Made by a program: the position numbers and the translations under genes. A stretch of 64,000 bases of DNA from Felis catus (Eukaryota): positions 61,878,001-61,942,000 of the forward strand of contig NC_058382.1 in NCBI RefSeq assembly GCF_018350175.1. The letters run 5' to 3'. Of the stretch, positions 61,491 through 64,000 are shown one piece after another. The notes under the pieces are model-generated. The model made no database searches. It was not told where the DNA came from and saw only the letters and a list, made by a program, of their open reading frames with translations. Each line of letters opens with the position of its first letter. Position 1 is the stretch's first letter.

Positions 61491-62084
61491 ACCCTAATCC
61501 TAACTACTAACCCTAACCTAACCCAAACCCAAACCTTAATCCTAGACCTAAATCCTATCCCTAACCCAAACCATGGCGCTAATATACATTAACACCATCC
61601 ACAACAATAATACAAACCCTAACCGAAACTCTGAACCCTAAACCCCAAATCCGAATCCAAATCCTAACTGTAACCATAAACTTAAACCCTAGACCTGAAC
61701 ACTAACGACTAACCCTAATCCCCAAATCATAAACACTAAACACTAACCCTAACCAAACACTGACCTGGACCATAACCCTAAAACCTAACCACTAACACGT
61801 AACCACAAAAACTTAACCCCTACCCCAAAACCTAAAACCTAAACTCTAAACAATAAAACCTAAATCCTAATCCCTATCCCCTGACCCTGACCCTAACCCT
61901 GAAGCTAATGCTGATACTAACACTAACACCTAAGCCCTACCCTAACCCTAAGCTACTCCCCAACCCTATCCCCTAAACCCTAAACCTAACCTTCACCGTA
62001 ATCCCAACCCTTTAAATCTAACCATCTAATCTAACCCTAACCCTAACCCCGAAACCGCTAACCCTAACCCCTAACCCTAACCCC
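61490..62084 (-). repeat. Degenerate interstitial telomeric tract (CCCTAA)n on +
   Basis: About 600 bp of CCCTAA and variants (CACTAA, CCCTGA, CCTAAA) with no FA-SAT body sequence. The best-preserved repeats are at ~62030-62084. Confidence 0.9.
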
Positions 62085-64000
62085 ATGGACAGTCCTTCAT
62101 CACCAGTCATGGGTATGAACCACCCCCCCATCCTCCACCTCCTCTATTTGGGTAGATAAACTGAAGTGGTTAGGGATTTCTAAAGCATATTCATCTACTT
62201 CGTGAAACACTTTGTGGGAAAAATGTAGAGATGGTTGTTAGGGCTTGGCAATTCAACTGCAAAACTGCCTGAGGACTTTGTAACATATCTCAAGTTTCTC
62301 AGGACATATGTTCAATGGACTGTATCATTTTCCCGTAATGAGGTCAGCTTTAGGTTTCTCCTGTCAACAAGAAAGAGGATTTTTACACAAAGACAGATGT
62401 ATCGGGCGTACTGGTGCATATTTTACAGACACAATGTTTTGAGTTCTGTGAAAGATGAGATGCACCCCTAAGTGTAGGTGACTTAGGTGTCCTGTGTGAA
62501 ATGGGGCACATGCATTATATGACATAGACCTTGTGGTCACCATGTTGAAAGCACCAGTGAAGGAGTGGGGGAAACTTGAATCACACAGGAATAGAAATTT
62601 GAGAAATTAGAGGACAGTAAGCAGAGTTTGAGGAAGTGCAGAGGGGAGGGTCCTGGGTTCAGTGAGATGCAGTTGCAGCCCATTCCTGACCACAGCCTGA
62701 GCAGGGAGCATGAGTTCCACACGGAGCTACTATGTGGGATCACTCTCAGTGCACAATGCAAGGTTCCTCTCCAAAATGTCATATTTGTCAAAGTGCACCC
62801 AGGTGATCATCTAAAAAGGTTGTTGTCTCCCTGCGTTGTCTGAAGGTTCTGGATATTTATGGGTGAAAAAATGCCCTGGATATATAGGAAATTTAACTTG
62901 GTCTTAAGGAAATGCTTGTCTGCATAAGTTCATATCCTTCAGTGAGACTAAAAGTGAAGACAGGATCTAGATCATCTGAGTGCCTGCATTGGCCTTTAGC
63001 CTGGGTAAACCTACAATTCAGGGATGCCCAGATGCCACCCCTGCTGGACCCCTGACATAACCTGACTACGGCTTTGCATCTATCTCCTTAAACTTCTCTC
63101 ACAATATCCCGAGGGTTTCCCTGTGTTCCTGCTATCTCAGCCAGAATACCAATTCTCAGTGGGACCTACACAGAGCCTGAGATGGGTTATCTGTGAAAGA
63201 GGGGTAATATTTGTTTCTAAGGACATAATGAAAAGAAGACATTGAATACAGAATGCATCTGCACAATGTCTGGGAAATATCCACTCACCCTTCTCACAGT
63301 TTCAATTAAGATATCGCCACACAAATGATCATCAAAAAAAGATGGTCACAGAAGTTCATTAAACTAAGACGGTTAACGCCTCTGCCCAGGGATTGGGGAT
63401 CGCCACTTTAAGGAAGACAATGGCACACTTATTGTATTAAGATTCAGGCCCTGCCAGACAAAGAAAGAAAAAGATAATTACGAGAATGTGTATATCAGAG
63501 TTCTACATCTGAGATCTGAAGACAATCATATTCCATTACATATAGACTCGCAGATGCATCCACACTAAAGTGTTCATCTGAGGCCACAGATTAAGTACCG
63601 AAGAGGGAATGCATGTAGGAAAACATAAGACCGTAGGGAAATAACCCCAAATCTCACTGCCTTATACGACAGCTATTTTGAAATTTGAAGAGGACTGTGT
63701 GAGGTGACAGAGTATGTTGATTATATATATCTTAAAAATGTGTCAGATTTGCCTGCATGCTTTCTCTGCTAACCCTGAGCTCTCCACTTTGTTTTTCTTA
63801 GTATCCCTTAATAGTACTTTCACTGTTCTGTCTCTGTTTCAGTGTTTGCTTCTAGGAAGACCTACTCTCACCCCCCATCGAATGTACACAGTGTGGTTCC
63901 TATACACACAGGTAACAAACTAGCAGAAGTTGCAGTGATGTAGGATAGTAGCAAGATCGCCTTTTTTGCAGAGGAGCCCGAGAGAGTTTTCTGGGGTGAT
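62085..64000 (+). repeat. Unidentified low-copy repeat, copy C (truncated at the telomeric tract; runs off the window)
   Basis: Colinear reverse complement of ~38828-40600 (gtggttcctatacacacaggtaacaaa vs ggggttcctgtacacacaggaaacaaa). Direct, more diverged homolog of ~22380-24380. Confidence 0.8.

Overview
Felid (cat-like) subtelomeric-type repetitive DNA with no intact host gene. Two oppositely oriented arrays of the ~480-483 bp FA-SAT satellite flank the window: ~1231-10166 with TTAGGG-like hexamers on +, and ~54311-61490 with CCCTAA-like hexamers on +. The right array runs directly into a ~600 bp degenerate (CCCTAA)n tract (~61490-62084). Between the arrays lie: a young full-length L1 (10624-16570, minus) with a TSD, intact ORF1 and four lesions in ORF2; many older nested L1 fragments; about 11 carnivore tRNA-derived SINEs; a near-consensus CTCF motif; copies of an unidentified low-copy repeat (a further copy lies beyond the telomeric tract at the right edge); and an intron-retaining, highly diverged, disabled MIA3/TANGO1-like paralog (~45160-50516, minus). 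That paralog is visible only as short exons with correct splice phases, and SINEs have hit three of them. Family assignments and the MIA3 comparison rest on recognition from memory, not database searches.
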